Assembly (NCBI RefSeq): GCF_964355755.1
Contig: NC_092670.1
Coordinates: 11,084,795-11,148,794, forward strand
Source of the DNA: Antedon mediterranea
Lineage: Eukaryota > Animalia > Echinodermata
Reading direction: 5' to 3'
Length of the DNA stretch: 64,000 nucleotides
Both the position numbers and the translations under genes were made by a program. Below, piece after piece: positions 49,775 to 63,162 of the stretch. The notes beneath the pieces were generated by a model. The model did not search any database, had not been told where the DNA came from, and worked only from the letters and a program-made list of their open reading frames with translations. Position 1 is the stretch's first letter, and each line of letters opens with the position of its first letter.

Positions 49775-51100
49775 TTGATTGATTGATTCTTTTATTTTTC
49801 ACACAACATTCATAAAAATATAAATAAAAGATACAATAAAGTGTGAAAAACAGGATAACCACAAGCAAGCAAGCCTTTTATCTGTGGCACCCTAACTTAA
49901 AATATAAATTTACAAATATATTACAAAAATGTTTTCATCGAGTAAATAAATGAAGGAAAATACAACGTACTATAATATATATATATATATACATCAGTCT
50001 CAGAATATATACGAAAATGTAATTAATTAAGTTAAAGTTAGACATATTTTACAAATGTTGTTTTCGCAAAGATATATTGTTTCTTTATAACTATTAATGC
50101 ATTTATTTAGTAATAGTTTTTTAAATATTGATATATTTTCACTCTCTCTTATATTTCTTATAAGTTGATTCCATAGCTTAGGTCCTCTATATGCTATACT
50201 TTGCTGACCCATATTAGTTGATTTTAGTTTTATACAATAATTGTCTTTATTTCGAGTGTTATATGTATGATAATTATCAAATAAACTGAATAAAGAATTA
50301 AAACATTTTAGAATTTGTCGTTTTTGGTATTTAAACATAAAATTTAAAACACTGTTTTTATACAAATCAAATATATTAAATGTGCCCGTTTTCACAAAGA
50401 GCTGAGAAGAGGGATGATGAAAGTCTACCTTACAAATGATCCTAAGAGCTTTTTTCTGAAGCAATAGAAGGCGATCCAAATTGTCTTTGTTTCCCGCACC
50501 CCATACAATAATACCATATGTCAACACTGGTAATATAAGTGTCTTGTATATGGTAAGTAACACTTCAGTAGATACTAATTTTTTTATATGACACATGGCA
50601 CCAATTATTGAGATGCTTTACAAAAAACTGCATTTGTATGGTGTCTAAAGTTCAGTTTCTCATCAATGATGACACCGAGAAATTTAGTATAATGGTACTC
50701 TATCTATTGAAACTCTATTTATTGAAAGTAAAAATTGGGATGTGTCAATGTTGGTATTCTTTCCACTAAATAACATATACGTAGTCTTGGTTGTATTAAT
50801 AGTTAATCTATTAGTTTTACACCATTTCTCAATTTTATTTAGTTCATTTGTCATTATTGTAAAGGCAGTGACGATATCATTGTGTTGTAAAAACATATTC
50901 GTATCATCTGCAAACATTATTAAATCAACGACATTACTTACAGAAAACATGTCATTTATGAAAATCAAAAACAGCAGGGGTCCAAGGATTGACCCTTGTG
51001 GAACGCCTTGTTTTATTATTTTGGTTACAGACTGACACTTCCCAATTTGTACGAATTGTTGTCTTTCTCTAAGGTAACTTCGGTACCAATCAAGAACCAT
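49775..51100 (-). mobile_element. 5'-truncated LINE (CR1/L2-group) RT and 3' end
   Basis: [36 protein letters not shown]; C-terminal YRGPKLWNQL; tail AATAAA..(TCAA)n. Confidence 0.9.
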
Positions 51101-51516
51101 GATATATGATATAAAATCATGACAAAAAAAAGTGTCGAAATTTTGCTAATTTTTAAAAATTTCCCTATATGGTACAGGGATTTTTTTTCGAAAATGGCCA
51201 AAATATCAACTTTAAAATGTTGAGGTAACATGCACAGAGTTTTTTGATTCTGCACATGCGGAGAACACATGGTTCGATTCTGCGCATGTCAATTATGATA
51301 TAGTAACCAGTTATGTAAAAAAATAAAAGGGTCGAAATTTGGCAAAATTTTGAAAATTTCCCTGTACTATATAGTACAGGGTTTTTGTTAAAAAATGGCC
51401 AAAATATAGACTTTTTAAAATGTTGAGGTAACATGAGCAGAACAAATTGTTCGAGTCTGCACATGCGCAGAACACATAATTCGATTCTGCGCATAACAAT
51501 TATTGAAATATATATA

Positions 51517-51813
51517 TTTATACTGGGTAACCTCTTCAGTCAAAGACTGGTCTCCCAGAGGGCCCAGTTGGTGATCAGTGGCTGTGATATACTAATACAC
51601 CGGGGTAACCCCCTACTCGTCTCAAAAGATGTACTAGGTTCTTTAAAGTGCACACGAGCTAGATATGTACACTGGACCTACGGTTTATAGTCCTTATCCG
51701 AGAAGACTTGTTCTACCACCAGAACCATGGAGTGAGTGAGCCTCGAACCCATGCCAATGTTATGGCTACGTAATTACGGTTCCACTGTCTTAACCGCTCG
51801 ACCACTCACTCAC
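51517..51813 (-). mobile_element. tRNA-derived SINE with Deu/Nin-like domain (second copy)
   Basis: Near-identical to 15541-15850. Confidence 0.8.
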
Positions 51814-52069
51814 TTGTTATGGTAACTAGTTATGTGAAAAAATAAAAGAGTCGAAATTTGACTAATTTATATGTACTATAATACAGGGATTTTTTCGAAA
51901 ATGACCAAAATAACGACTTAAAAAAAATGTTGAGGTAACATGCGCAGAATGAAAATGGCCAAAATATCAACTTTTAAAGTATGTTAAGGTAACATGCCTA
52001 GCAATCGGTTGCATGGATTTTTAAGGGGATGCCCAAGAATCCATAATAAAATAATAATAATATAATAAT

Positions 52070-52330
52070 ACCGTAATAATAATTGTCTCTAGCGCTACGA
52101 CCACAAGGCTCGAAACAATGTGGAAATTATGTCATTCCTTATGCTATGCGAAAGAGAGATTAGATGGCTTTTCAGCAACTGTTTGAAGACGTCAATAGAA
52201 TTGGCATTCTTGATTGATTGTGGAAGAGAATTCCATAAGGATGGAGCTGAGCAGGAGAATGACCGGTCAGCAAAAGTATGCCTGCATGTTCTTGGTTGCA
52301 ATAGTCGAGCATCTGAAAAAGGGGCGGGGT
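52070..52330 (-). mobile_element. L2-type LINE 3' end fragment
   Basis: ADRSFSCSAPSLWNSLPQSIK..FKQLLKSHL. Confidence 0.75.
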
Positions 52331-52460
52331 TTTCGGACACCGAGAATTAGAGTCACAGTACCCCTGCCCCAACAATGGTGGGGTCTAAGGCAAAGCGAAT
52401 TTTGTAATTGTAGCCTACTTTTTCCTCCGGTAAAACACATCGACTAACAATAGGAACAGC

Positions 52461-52810
52461 TTTTTACTCGGGGTACCCGAGTCTAGGACTCTCTCATCTT
52501 CTCCTCTTCCATCCGACACTATTGAGTAAAAAGTGAGATTTATAATGTACTACTCCTCCCTTATTCGTTCTAGAATTGAGCTGGGATTTGGCATGAATAT
52601 ACTACAGGGACATGTCCTCAAAGCTATAGAGCCGGATTTTTTAATTTCAAACCGGATGCAGCCATATGACGTCTCGAAGATGGTACCGTATAGCCGTATA
52701 AACTATTGGAAGCGAGATTATTGATGTGTATGTGACGTCACATCCCGTCTTATGACGTCATTACAGCTTCTTTTGCTGTACCCCGAGTATATTGCACATT
52801 CGTGCTTGTT
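52461..52810 (+). mobile_element. Helentron/HINE-like non-autonomous element
   Basis: T-run start, subterminal inverted repeats TACTCGGGGTA / TACCCCGAGTA, 3' hairpin GCAC-ATTC-GTGC, then TTGTT. Confidence 0.65.
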
Positions 52811-53820
52811 AAAAGTATATATTGAGGTAACATGTGCATACCACATTATTTGATTCTGCGAATGTCATTATGTCATTTATAAATATAACTTGTTACCATG
52901 AGATGATACTAACATTTACATGTACATATACAGCAACATTAGTGAATAATATTCAGTTTTAAAAAGTTGGAAATTTGGCCAAAAAAAATCTAAGCGGGTT
53001 TATAATATGATCAAAGCAATTTGTTACTTTAAATTAAAAAACTGTTGAAACAGTGTAGTTTGTATGAATAAATTCAACTGAATGGTAGACGTTTATTAAA
53101 TCTATGTGACATGCTATATTAAATATCAAATGCAAGTAAATATATTATAATCCGTCACAGTAAGTTCAATAAAAAATCAAGCTAGTAGTAGTAAATAAAT
53201 TTTGTTTGGAAAACTATTCCTGGTAAACAGAAATACTAACACACACACAATCTATATTATATAAAATATTAGTCTTAAATAATTAATAATGGGATGTAAT
53301 TAATACTTTATTTACAATTTTAAAAGTGGACGGAACCTCTAACAGTTTACAGTCTAATATCAGCACAGGTTTAAGGTACTTCTTGGTCATAGTTTTGGTA
53401 GTAGAATAAATCTTCTCGAATAAGGGAGGCCAATAGCGTAGAGAAGTTATCCATTACACGACAATATGAATTCATGTCAGCGGATGGGACCGCTTTTATT
53501 ATTATACAGTATAGTAATTATATACTACCATCGATCTCCATACTCTCCAAATACTGGACTCTCCGAAAACCTGAAACTCCTCCAAACACTATACTTTTCT
53601 TGAGGTCCAAAAAAAGTATATAAATAGGCCTACATGGGTGTGTGTGTGTTTGTGTGTACGTATATATCTATATTTTGTTACGTTAGTTGTTAAAGAAATT
53701 TTAAGCTCAAATAATATCTGGTTAAATGTACATAAAACAAATATGTGTAACAGAAATAAAATGGCCAAATACAAAATTATCACAAAAGTTTAACTATTTA
53801 TTTGACGTAACAACAGTTTA

Positions 53821-53980
53821 AGCCTAGTTCCCACTAGGACACAACGCAAGGACGTAAGACGCAACGCAGGCAAATTGACCAATCAAAAGCAATGGATTAT
53901 TCGAACTGTCGCTTGTGATTGGTCAATTCCCTTGTGTTGCGGATTACATCCTTGCGTTGCGTCCTAGTGGGAACCAAGCT
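53821..53980. mobile_element. Harbinger-type palindromic MITE
   Basis: AGCCTAGTTCCCACTAGGAC / GTCCTAGTGGGAACCAAGCT with TTA TSD; related fragments at ~8210-8300, 8705-8758 and 40320-40400. Confidence 0.8.
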
Positions 53981-54051
53981 TTAACTACTAACGTAACAAA
54001 ATTTAACCACTAACAAAATTTAACCACAACGTAACAAAATTTAACCACTAA

Positions 54052-55543
54052 AGGCTGGTTTCCTGTCGACGTAAGAAGTCGAATTTTGCAACGATTCTTG
54101 CGTTTCATACGTTTCTTACGTCTCTTACGAAAGTTGAGAAAAAATTGACGTAGTTGGCGTTAGTCAAGATCGTGTCGGGCCGCAGAAAAAACATCTGTAG
54201 TTATGCTGCTCCCGAAAGTTGAAATTTTAGCTGTGAAACACACGTCGTATGCTTACGTTGATTTTAGTGTTGTTATGAAAGTTGAAATTTTTTTCTTACG
54301 TCGGTCAGATTTATGACGTATTTGAAACAACATCTCTGATTGGTGTTTCTTTTTAGAGCGGGTTTTATCATTTTTCGCGCGAAATGTTGAATGATGTTAT
54401 TGTAGGCCTACCTGTAGCTACTCAGCATCAGTGTCAGTGCAACTCAGCATCAGTGTCAGTGCAGCACACCAATATATTATTTTTAGTAGATAGGCTAGGC
54501 CCTAGTATTAGTAATAATACTTAATTAATACTGTACTAATAGGAATTGATTTGACCAAAATCTAATCAAACTAGCCTATAAGAAGCCTAGGCTAGTAGGC
54601 CTATGTATTATTGTATGAATCAAAATATGAATGAATTATACTGGCCCTTTAGGCCTAGCCTTAAATAGTTTTCAAAATTAAAAAAAGGCAAATCATTTCG
54701 GGATTCCTATTATTATTAGACCTACCTAGGCCATAGGCTAGGCCTTTGCCTATGGGCCCAGGCATACTCTAATCGAGCATGAGATAGTACTACCGCAGTG
54801 AGATATCCATTATTTACAGGCCTATAATAAGAATAAATTTAACAAAACAATATAAATTATACAAAATCAAGCAAACAATTTTTTTTTAAAGTTACATAAT
54901 AATATTATATTGCTTACAAAGGGGCTTTCTATATCTTATCTTGTTGCAAATGTTCATTTTCGTGACGTTTCTACCGATGCTGATTGTTTATTGCACGTCC
55001 ATAAATAAGAGTATTAGATTTTGATATGAGTTGTAAACTCCCTGATTAGAACATTATTAGGCCTATATTGAAACTACTGTGCATTTGTAAAGTATGTACA
55101 ACATCGTAAAGTGGGCTAAAATTATAGTAGTAAATACATACAAATGTTATTGTCCGGCTTTATTTCACTATAAGGACATACACATTACGTCATAACTCTT
55201 GTCGCTCATTGGTTGCTTGTTACGATTGCGCTTACGTCTCTTGCGAAAGTTGACTTCAAGTCAACTTTCGTAAGAGACGTAAGAAACGTGACGCAAGGGC
55301 GTTCATTCAAGCGTAAGATCAAAAATCCCGGTTTCCTGTAAAATCGGAAGAAAACGTCGTAACGCAACAATTGTTAGGTCATCGGTTTCCTGTAAAATCG
55401 TTTGTCGTTACCATTTTTCTTACGTTGCGTCGATTTTGTAAATTTTCGATCGTAATCGGTTTCCTGTAAAATCCGCATTTCTTACGACAAATCGACGTAG
55501 TCGCAACAAAAGTGATGTTCTTACGTCGACAGGAAACCAGCCT
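54052..55543. mobile_element. Non-autonomous Harbinger-type DNA transposon
   Basis: Perfect 26-bp TIR AGGCTGGTTTCCTGTCGACGTAAGAA, TAA TSD, inserted in a TTAACCACTAACGTAACAAA minisatellite. Confidence 0.9.
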
Positions 55544-55812
55544 TAACGTAACCAAATCCGCTAACGTAACCAAATTTAACCACTAACGTAACAAACTTCA
55601 TTAACCACTAACGTAACAAACTTTATTAACCACTTGCGTAACAACAGTAGAAAATGAGATATGTTTGGATACAGACTATTCTGTATTTTTTTACGGAAAA
55701 ATTCTTTTAAGTTGGAAATCTGAGACTTTTTTGTTCAAGTTCCGCTGTAATCCTGTATGTTTTTTACAAACCTATATTTAAATGTGTGCAAATACATCTC
55801 TTTACTTAGCTA

Positions 55813-56066
55813 TCAGTCTCCACCTTTCGTAAAGCGACCAACTTTCACAAACAGCCATCTCGTAAGTGACCACCTCCCTAAAACGACCATACATCGTAAG
55901 CGACCACCCTCATTAACGACCACCTCTCTTAAGGGACCGCTTCTCATAATCAAACACCTCGTAACGACCACCTCTCGTAAGTGACCACCTCTCTTAAACG
56001 ACCATAATCTCTCTTAAGGGACCGCTTATTGACATAATTGACCACCTCTCGTAAGGGACCGCCTCT
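55813..56066 (+). repeat. CGTAAGCGACCACCTCT-type repeats, probably a Tc1/pogo MITE fragment
   Basis: Multiple degenerate GACCACCTCTC units. Confidence 0.5.
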
Positions 56067-56626
56067 TAAACAAAAAATATGTTGAGTTTTTAAAAGATTT
56101 CTTAAACATTTTCTCCTGTTATTACGTTAGTGGTTAAATTTTCTGGTTAACATTCAACTTGTTGCAACATATCCCCGGGTATAGTCTCAGCACTGACTTT
56201 TGGCCACTTCAGATGAGTTTTTACAATAAATGCTTACCAGTTTTTTTTCATAAACCATGGTTTACCCGGGTATAGTCCCATCCTCCAAAGTCGGCCCAAC
56301 TTCGTGTTTTAGCGGAATGAAATTATAACAGAGGATATACGGTTATAATAATAAATGGTCATTGTTAAAAGTATTATAACAATTAAAATAATAATAAATC
56401 AATACAATTAAATAAACATCTCAGTTTTTTTTTGGGACAATATTTGATTATTCATTTTATAACATTTGGATTAAGTAAGCCTTTTAATGATAAGGCCATA
56501 ATGTATAATAGCTATAAGGAACAAAATAGGAATCTATCCTTATTGCTATTATTCATAAGTCAAATAATAATTACTACCTGTGCCATCATGTGTACCTGGT
56601 GTAAGGTTTGAATCATGAAAACTCTC

Positions 56627-58753
56627 TTATGGGACTCTTTTAATCATCATCACTGTCTTCTTGAGACTGTAGTAGTAGTTTTTATTATGGAAAGTTAACC
56701 AGGTGATGCCAGTGTTACTATATGTACCTGGTGTAAGGTAAAGGCCATTCAGGTTTGAAAAATAACAGATATCATACCACCAACCACCTTTGTATTGCTC
56801 AGCACAGTTATTACCGCTTTTCTTATCATTGTCTCTATCATACGTTGTAAATTGTTGACCATTGTGGTATGCCAATGAATCATCTAAACAAACAAAATCT
56901 TTAGTTTACTTAATAAATATTGAATTTATTTGTTTTTATTTGTATTATAAATAAAAGATATTTATGAAAGAGAATATAATAAAAAAAAATATAACCTACA
57001 AAAATAAATTTTTTCTCAAAATATCAGTATCAATAGAACACCTGAAATGTGTTTATAATGTAATATAATGATATACTTTTATAATTAAGAAATCGACCTT
57101 TGTATCAGAATTCAAATAAGTTCACAAACTTGACCCAGAAAGTCCAGAGGAGAGTTTGTCCAGATGTTTCAAAAGTACATTTAGTCAATTTAGCTCATAA
57201 TTAAATCCCAAAAGTAAACAGTTTATTTGACCTCTCTAACTGTTCCCATCGTAAAACAATTAGATTTGACAGTTTTAAGCAAAGATTCGACAGGGCCAAT
57301 TCATCATTGTAACCTCCCCAGATAAGATCAATCACTCCCACTTAAACACCCCTGGATCAACTTAGGACCAATCGTTACCCTCACAGATGACGTAGTGACA
57401 TATGCAAATGAACCGAAGCCAATATACCCCCAAGTTTCAGAAGAGCCCAAACACACCTTACAGCCACCTCACGGAGCACACACTTTACAGCCACCTCACG
57501 GAGCACACACCTTACATGGGCCTTACAGCCACCTCACGGAGCACACACCTCACAGCCACTTCTTCAGAAGCAGACCTACACACTTCACATCTCACCGACA
57601 GCATCACTGATCCTCCATTCCTTATCCTTAGTCAGTTAGTTAGCTGTATCATTATTATCGTATCAAGTATTATACTGAATAAACAATATATGTATTACGA
57701 CAGTTAAGCGAGTAAGAGTCTTCATTACAAGTCAGTACCTCAACAACACTCACACTATATTACATGGTGGAAGACCCGGGCATCATGAAGGTATGATTTT
57801 ATTTGATGAGGTAAAGAAGTCTATAATTGTGTAATAAAAATATTCTGCTGCAGTTACGAGGTTTGTGAATGCCATCAGACCTCGTGCAATGATTTTGTTC
57901 GTCGGCTTTTGTACCTGATTTTGAATCCCATTTTCTCACTTTCTTACTGTAATATATTCATATTACCAATTCAACGTCTGGATTGGAGACCAATGAAAGA
58001 GTTCTACAAGATGGCTGAACATTAGCACGTGGTCTGATTTCTTAGTGAAATACTTAGTGTTCATTCATTCCCAGAGCACAATATATAACACTTACTAGAT
58101 AAGCTCTTTCACTATGTATATATTTATTACATAATTACGATAAATATTTGCATATATATTGAACTTTAAAGGTCACTTGATTTTTAAAATTGAAGGAATG
58201 GATTTGCACACAGAAAAGTATTTTATTTACATGTACCATAAAAATGACAAAAGTTGCCTCCCCTAAATTTGATTAAAACAGCCTCAAATTACATCTTGGC
58301 ACCACCGCTACTTGGTTACAGTTTCAAGTTCTGTCCTTATGCAATGCAACAGAAACCCTACATACCCTAAGTATGTGAGTAGTCCATGACTATTTTTACT
58401 GCAAGATACAAAGGCCTACAAAAGAAGTTAATTCTTTGTTTACTTGAAATGTGCTATTTTAGTGTAAATATTGATAGAAAGATATACTAACCTGCCGTTC
58501 CTGTGTATTCACTGATTGTCAAAGTATAGTTAGACTTTTCCGTACCAACACGAAAGTGAGAATAGTTTGCGATCTTCGTTACATTCAAGTGGTCAGTCAA
58601 TTCTACCAATAGCTCAAAATGGCCATCAGATGTTATACGGTTGATCTTTTCGTTACCAAACCAGAACTCTGTGTTCACGTTTCCAAAACCCTCTTTGTAT
58701 TCTGTCCAGTCACGATAGAAATTAACTGATCCATCTTGTCTTCTCTGTATCAC
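56627..58753 (-). CDS. FReD paralog 3, last two exons (earlier exons presumably beyond the window end)
   Basis: Exons 58753-58492 and 56883-56627 with intact GT/AG sites and open frames; [23 protein letters not shown]; [20 protein letters not shown]. Confidence 0.88.
57059..57764 (+). mobile_element. LTR followed by primer-binding site (truncated LTR retrotransposon)
   Basis: TGTAATATA...TATATTACA inverted ends, AATAAA at ~57678, immediately followed by TGGTGGAAGACCCGGG; internal ~27-bp tandem repeats. Confidence 0.65.
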
Positions 58754-59221
58754 CTGAATGATAATAATGATAAAAGTAATGTTTATATACTAAACAGTGA
58801 TGCCAAAACCATCAACTGGAGTAAATAGAACAGAATTAAACGAGAACCTGACCAATAATACTACGACTAAATGTCAATCAATTTTACAAATTGATTACTG
58901 TACACTCATTTTACAATAATTTGCTCTTTAATTTTTAGTATGCAAGTTTTGGAACATTATATAATACTTGGCCTTTCTTCAACATAATTTTCAGCCTGTA
59001 ACGTCCCACTGCTGGGCAATGCTTCTCTCCTAAATCATTGACATTATTTTCTATAATAAATGTTTTCTGTCCATGTTGATTCCTGGCAGTACTTACTTCT
59101 TCTTTCTTGGAGATCCAAGAAACATTTATTATATATGGCCTTTGGCCCAAATAATAATATACAATGTAATACAATATTAAATAAATATCAGTTGAGTGCC
59201 TTTAGAAATTCTGTTCTACGT

Positions 59222-59812
59222 TTAAATGAAAAGAATAAATATTTTAACAATAAGATCAGTATTTGTGGCAGACATAAGATAAATATATTTTAATTTAGTT
59301 GGGTTGTTTGTATAAAAGGAAAACATATATTTAGTTCTAATATCTGAATAAAATGGACAAACTAAAGTGAAATGATATTCATCTTCAATTGATTGTAAAG
59401 CACATAATTTGCATAATCTTTCATTTCTATTTATACAATTCCATCTTCCTGTTTCAATTTCTAATTCTAAAATTCCTAGTCGTATCTTAGTCATAATTTG
59501 TCTATGTTTGTAATTTGTTACTTTTGTTAGATATTCTTCAATTCCAAACTTATATTTAACGTGCTTGTAATATTGGAGCTTAGAGTGTAGCCTAGTATCT
59601 TCGTAGAATTTCTGTCGTTCAATGTCTGTAAGCCTTTGTTTAAAATTTGAAATAAAAGTATATATATTATTAACCTGTTGTGAGTACCATATGTTACCAA
59701 ATCCATTTATGCATAGTATTTGTTTTACGTCATTGGCCCAACATTGCTCATTTCTTTGAGCTTTTCTATATTGAAAATCATAACATTGTTTAATAAATTT
59801 GTCATTATCCAT
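59222..59812 (-). mobile_element. Host LINE, 3' part of ORF2
   Basis: MDNDKFIKQCY..IETGRW..RLCKLC..EDEYHFTLVC; continues the frame broken at ~63274. Confidence 0.85.
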
Positions 59813-59993
59813 TTTTATTTTTATTTTTATTTTATTCAATTAAAACCAACAGCGATAAATACCGCCACTAACAGGTTTGAAACATAAAACAATACAACAT
59901 CAAAAACGGTTAACAATAAAATACAGATAAAATATATAAATATATATATAAAACATAGATTGGCATGCCATAAAAAATTTCAATTAAAACAGG

Positions 59994-62900
59994 TTATGCA
60001 GACTGTTCAAGAAGTGAACACATCATCGTCCTCTTAAAATAACCAAGTCTATCATTAAAAATATCGATATGATTGCTATTTAGATTATTAAATGTATAAG
60101 GTAGTCTATGAAAAAGTCCCCTCTTAGTACAGTCGACACGGCTAAAAGGAATATGCAATAAATGTCTATTTCGTGTACGACCAGGAACATTTAAACTAAA
60201 TAGTGAAATTAATGAACAGTCATATTTAGAATTTAAAATATTATATAAAAAAACCATATCAGATATCGTTCGACGATTGCTGACAGAATCAATGGAAAAG
60301 GCAAAATTAACACAGTTATAAGACAGGAATCGAACAAACTTCCGTTGAACAGTGTCGATTCGACGGGCCTGACATGGAGAAATTGAATTGAAAATTGCGG
60401 AACAATATTCAAGGTGAGGACGTATAATAGATTTGTATAAAGATAAAAGTGCCCTGCCGTCGTTCATAAACCTACAATTTCTCCATATTAAGCCCATCAT
60501 TCTATTAGCTTTTGACAACACATGATTAATATGTGAACAAAAATTTAATTTACTATCAATAAAAATACCTAAATCTTTCCATACATAAACCATCTCAAGA
60601 TCATGTCCACTCAGATTATAATTGAAGAGCACAGGCCTTTTTTTAAGTGTTATAGATAAATATTTGCATTTATTAGCATTAAGTTTTATCCCCCACTTCT
60701 CCGTCCATTCCACGAGACCATCCAGATCCTCCTGAAGTGAAAAAGCATCCTGTGGAGTGGTAATCACTTTAAACAATTTCAGATCGTCAGCAAATAAAAG
60801 AGACTCGGAATGATTAAATTTTAAAGGAAGATCGTTGATAAATAAATTAAACAAAAGCGGGCCCAGGATCGAGCCCTGCGGAACGCCCGATAACACAGGG
60901 AGCCAATCAGATGTCTCTCCCCCAATGACAACACGCTGTTGTCTATTAGTTAAATAGCTTTTAAACCAACTTAACAGTGAACCGGATAAACCAAATTTTG
61001 AAAGTTTAAAAATAAGCAAATCATGGGAAACGGAATCAAAAGCCTTAGAGAAATCAGTGTAAATCACATCGCACTGCTTCTTGCTGTTAATTGCATCGTA
61101 TGATGTAGCAAGAAGCAGTGCGAGGTTGGTTTGACATGATCTCCCAGAGACAAAACCATGCTGCCTAGGACTTAAAGCATTAGCAACATGTGATGACAAA
61201 CCATCATGCACAATGCGCTCAAAAATCTTAGACATAGTAGGCAATAACGAAATAGGACGATAGTTACAGATTAGTTTTTTGGGACCACTCTTGTGAATTG
61301 GGACAATATTAGCGTGTTTCCAAGATGAAGGAAAAACCCCAGAATTAATAGATAGCTGAAACAATTTGCAAAGCGGATAAGAGAGTGAGGAGGAGGCACC
61401 CTTTAAGACAACGTTACTAATCTGATCAATGCCAGTAGCTTTATTGATATCAATGTGCCTTTTCCACAGAATGCTGATTCACAGACAGAGAACTTAAGTT
61501 ATCCACCGCATAGTCAGGAAGACCTGGATAGTCCCGGGGAACGTCCGGAGAAGGCTCACTGAAAAAAGAATGAAAATAAGAATTAAATGTGGTAGCTTTG
61601 TCATAATTAGACTGGAATGAAATGTTATCGTGACTCATGACAGAAGGAAGATTATTTGACTTGTATTTAGTTTTCATCCAGCTCCAGAATCTTTTACTGT
61701 TAGTGACAATTTGCTTAGCCAAAGAGTCCAAGTAATCTTTGTACTTTTTATTGCACATTTTTTTAAAAGACGCGCGAGCAAATTTGAAATTACTTTGGGC
61801 TAACCGATTATTATTTTTTTTCAGATATCTATAATACTTTTCTTTGAGTTGAAGCGCACTTCTCAACTCATTGTCAAACCACGGAGGAAGCTTTCTGCGC
61901 TTTCTAATTTTAGGCACTGTGTCATTGACGGCAGCATTTAACAAATTATAAAACATATCCAAAGCTTCATTTAAATCACCTTCAAAATCAATTAAGACAC
62001 TCCATGGAACACAGTTAAGAGTATTACATAGATTATTGACATCAAGTGCTTTAAAATTGTAAATTATACTTTTACGATTCAAATTATCATTACTACATTT
62101 AACATCAAAATTTAAACGGAAATCAATTCTCAAAGATGAGTGGTCAGATAAAAAAATATCGTTAGCAGTATAGACTTTGTCGGAAATGTTTTTACTACAA
62201 ATAACAAGATCAAGCATTTTATCCATTCTTGTACAGTACGTATTGCATTGAAATAGGCCACAGCTAGAAAGCAATACATCAAGTAAGTGTTCTCCCATGG
62301 ACTGAGCTGGAGCAGAATAAGGGTTACTACTCCAATTAATTTCGGGCAGGTTGAAATCTCCAAGAATGAGGAATTCACTGTTTTTGTAGTAGAGCATAGC
62401 GATTTCCACAGACGAAGTAAAACGACGGAGGACATCGGGTGTAGCGTTTGGTGGTCTATAGAATAATCCAACAAGTAGGCTACTACGCCGCTTTAGCTGA
62501 ATCTCTATCCACATGAACTCCGTTGAATCACTTTCTAGGCGTTCCACTCGGTTACAGGTAAATTTGTTATTCACTAGCATCAGGATACCACCACCGCGTT
62601 TATCAGTATCTCTATCGCGTCGAAATAAAGTGTAATTAGAAACGGAAAGTTCAGAATCGAGCACGTTGCAGTTTAACCATGTTTCCGTAAGTGCAACAAT
62701 ATCCAAATTGCTCTGAATTAGGTGTGCATTCAGATCTGAGTTGTATACGTCCATTTTATTCTTCAGGCTACGTACGTTTTGATAGTATACCTTAACTGAA
62801 GATGTCTGAGTATTACCTGGACCTGGATTCGATTCAACATCGCCACTTAAAAGAATACAGAATGTAACAGTGGAATTAGAATAGAGCAAACGTGGTGCGC

Positions 62901-63162
62901 TGTAGATCTTCCTTGACGGTCTGCTGCTACGTTGGAATGCAACAACACTCGTAGTCGTACTGCTTTGACCGCATAGATACAAATTCCAACATTTACATAC
63001 AACGATGCTAGGAATGTTGCAGCTTACCGGCTCAGAGTATCCATCGACTGGCCTTAGCCATTGATTTCTGGATGAAAATCCCATATTAAAACTTGAAAAA
63101 TAGAGGCCAAGAAATAAGTTCAAAATAAGTAGCGGCACACGTAGCCCGGTCGAACACATCAT
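59994..63162 (-). pseudogene. LINE ORF2 (leader-2A-APE-RT) with one frameshift
   Basis: ORFs 61450-63162 and 59994-61364 join via a frameshift at ~61458 (VEKA/..IDINKATGIDQI). Confidence 0.85.
62818..62856 (-). other. 2A ribosomal-skipping motif ILLSGDVESNPG|P
   Basis: Exact D(V/I)ExNPGP consensus just upstream of the APE domain. Confidence 0.9.

Larger units (their letters stand above)
48839..52990 (+). repeat. Complex satellite, right block, interrupted by LINE, SINE and HINE insertions
   Basis: Repeated AAAATGGCCAAAATA/GTTGAGGTAACATGCGCAG/ATAGTAACCAGTTATGT motifs. Confidence 0.8.

Noticed and set aside
40730-51499. Short minus-strand ORFs with CAES/MRRIE repeats
   Set aside because: Translations of the satellite in several frames with no consistent frame or splice structure
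57395-57707. His/Pro-rich repetitive ORFs (HTLQPPHGA)n
   Set aside because: Arise from ~27-bp tandem repeats inside the LTR
58990-59110. Possible RTE-type LINE 3' tip (..EAL/FAQQWD-like)
   Set aside because: Too short and degraded to support as a feature
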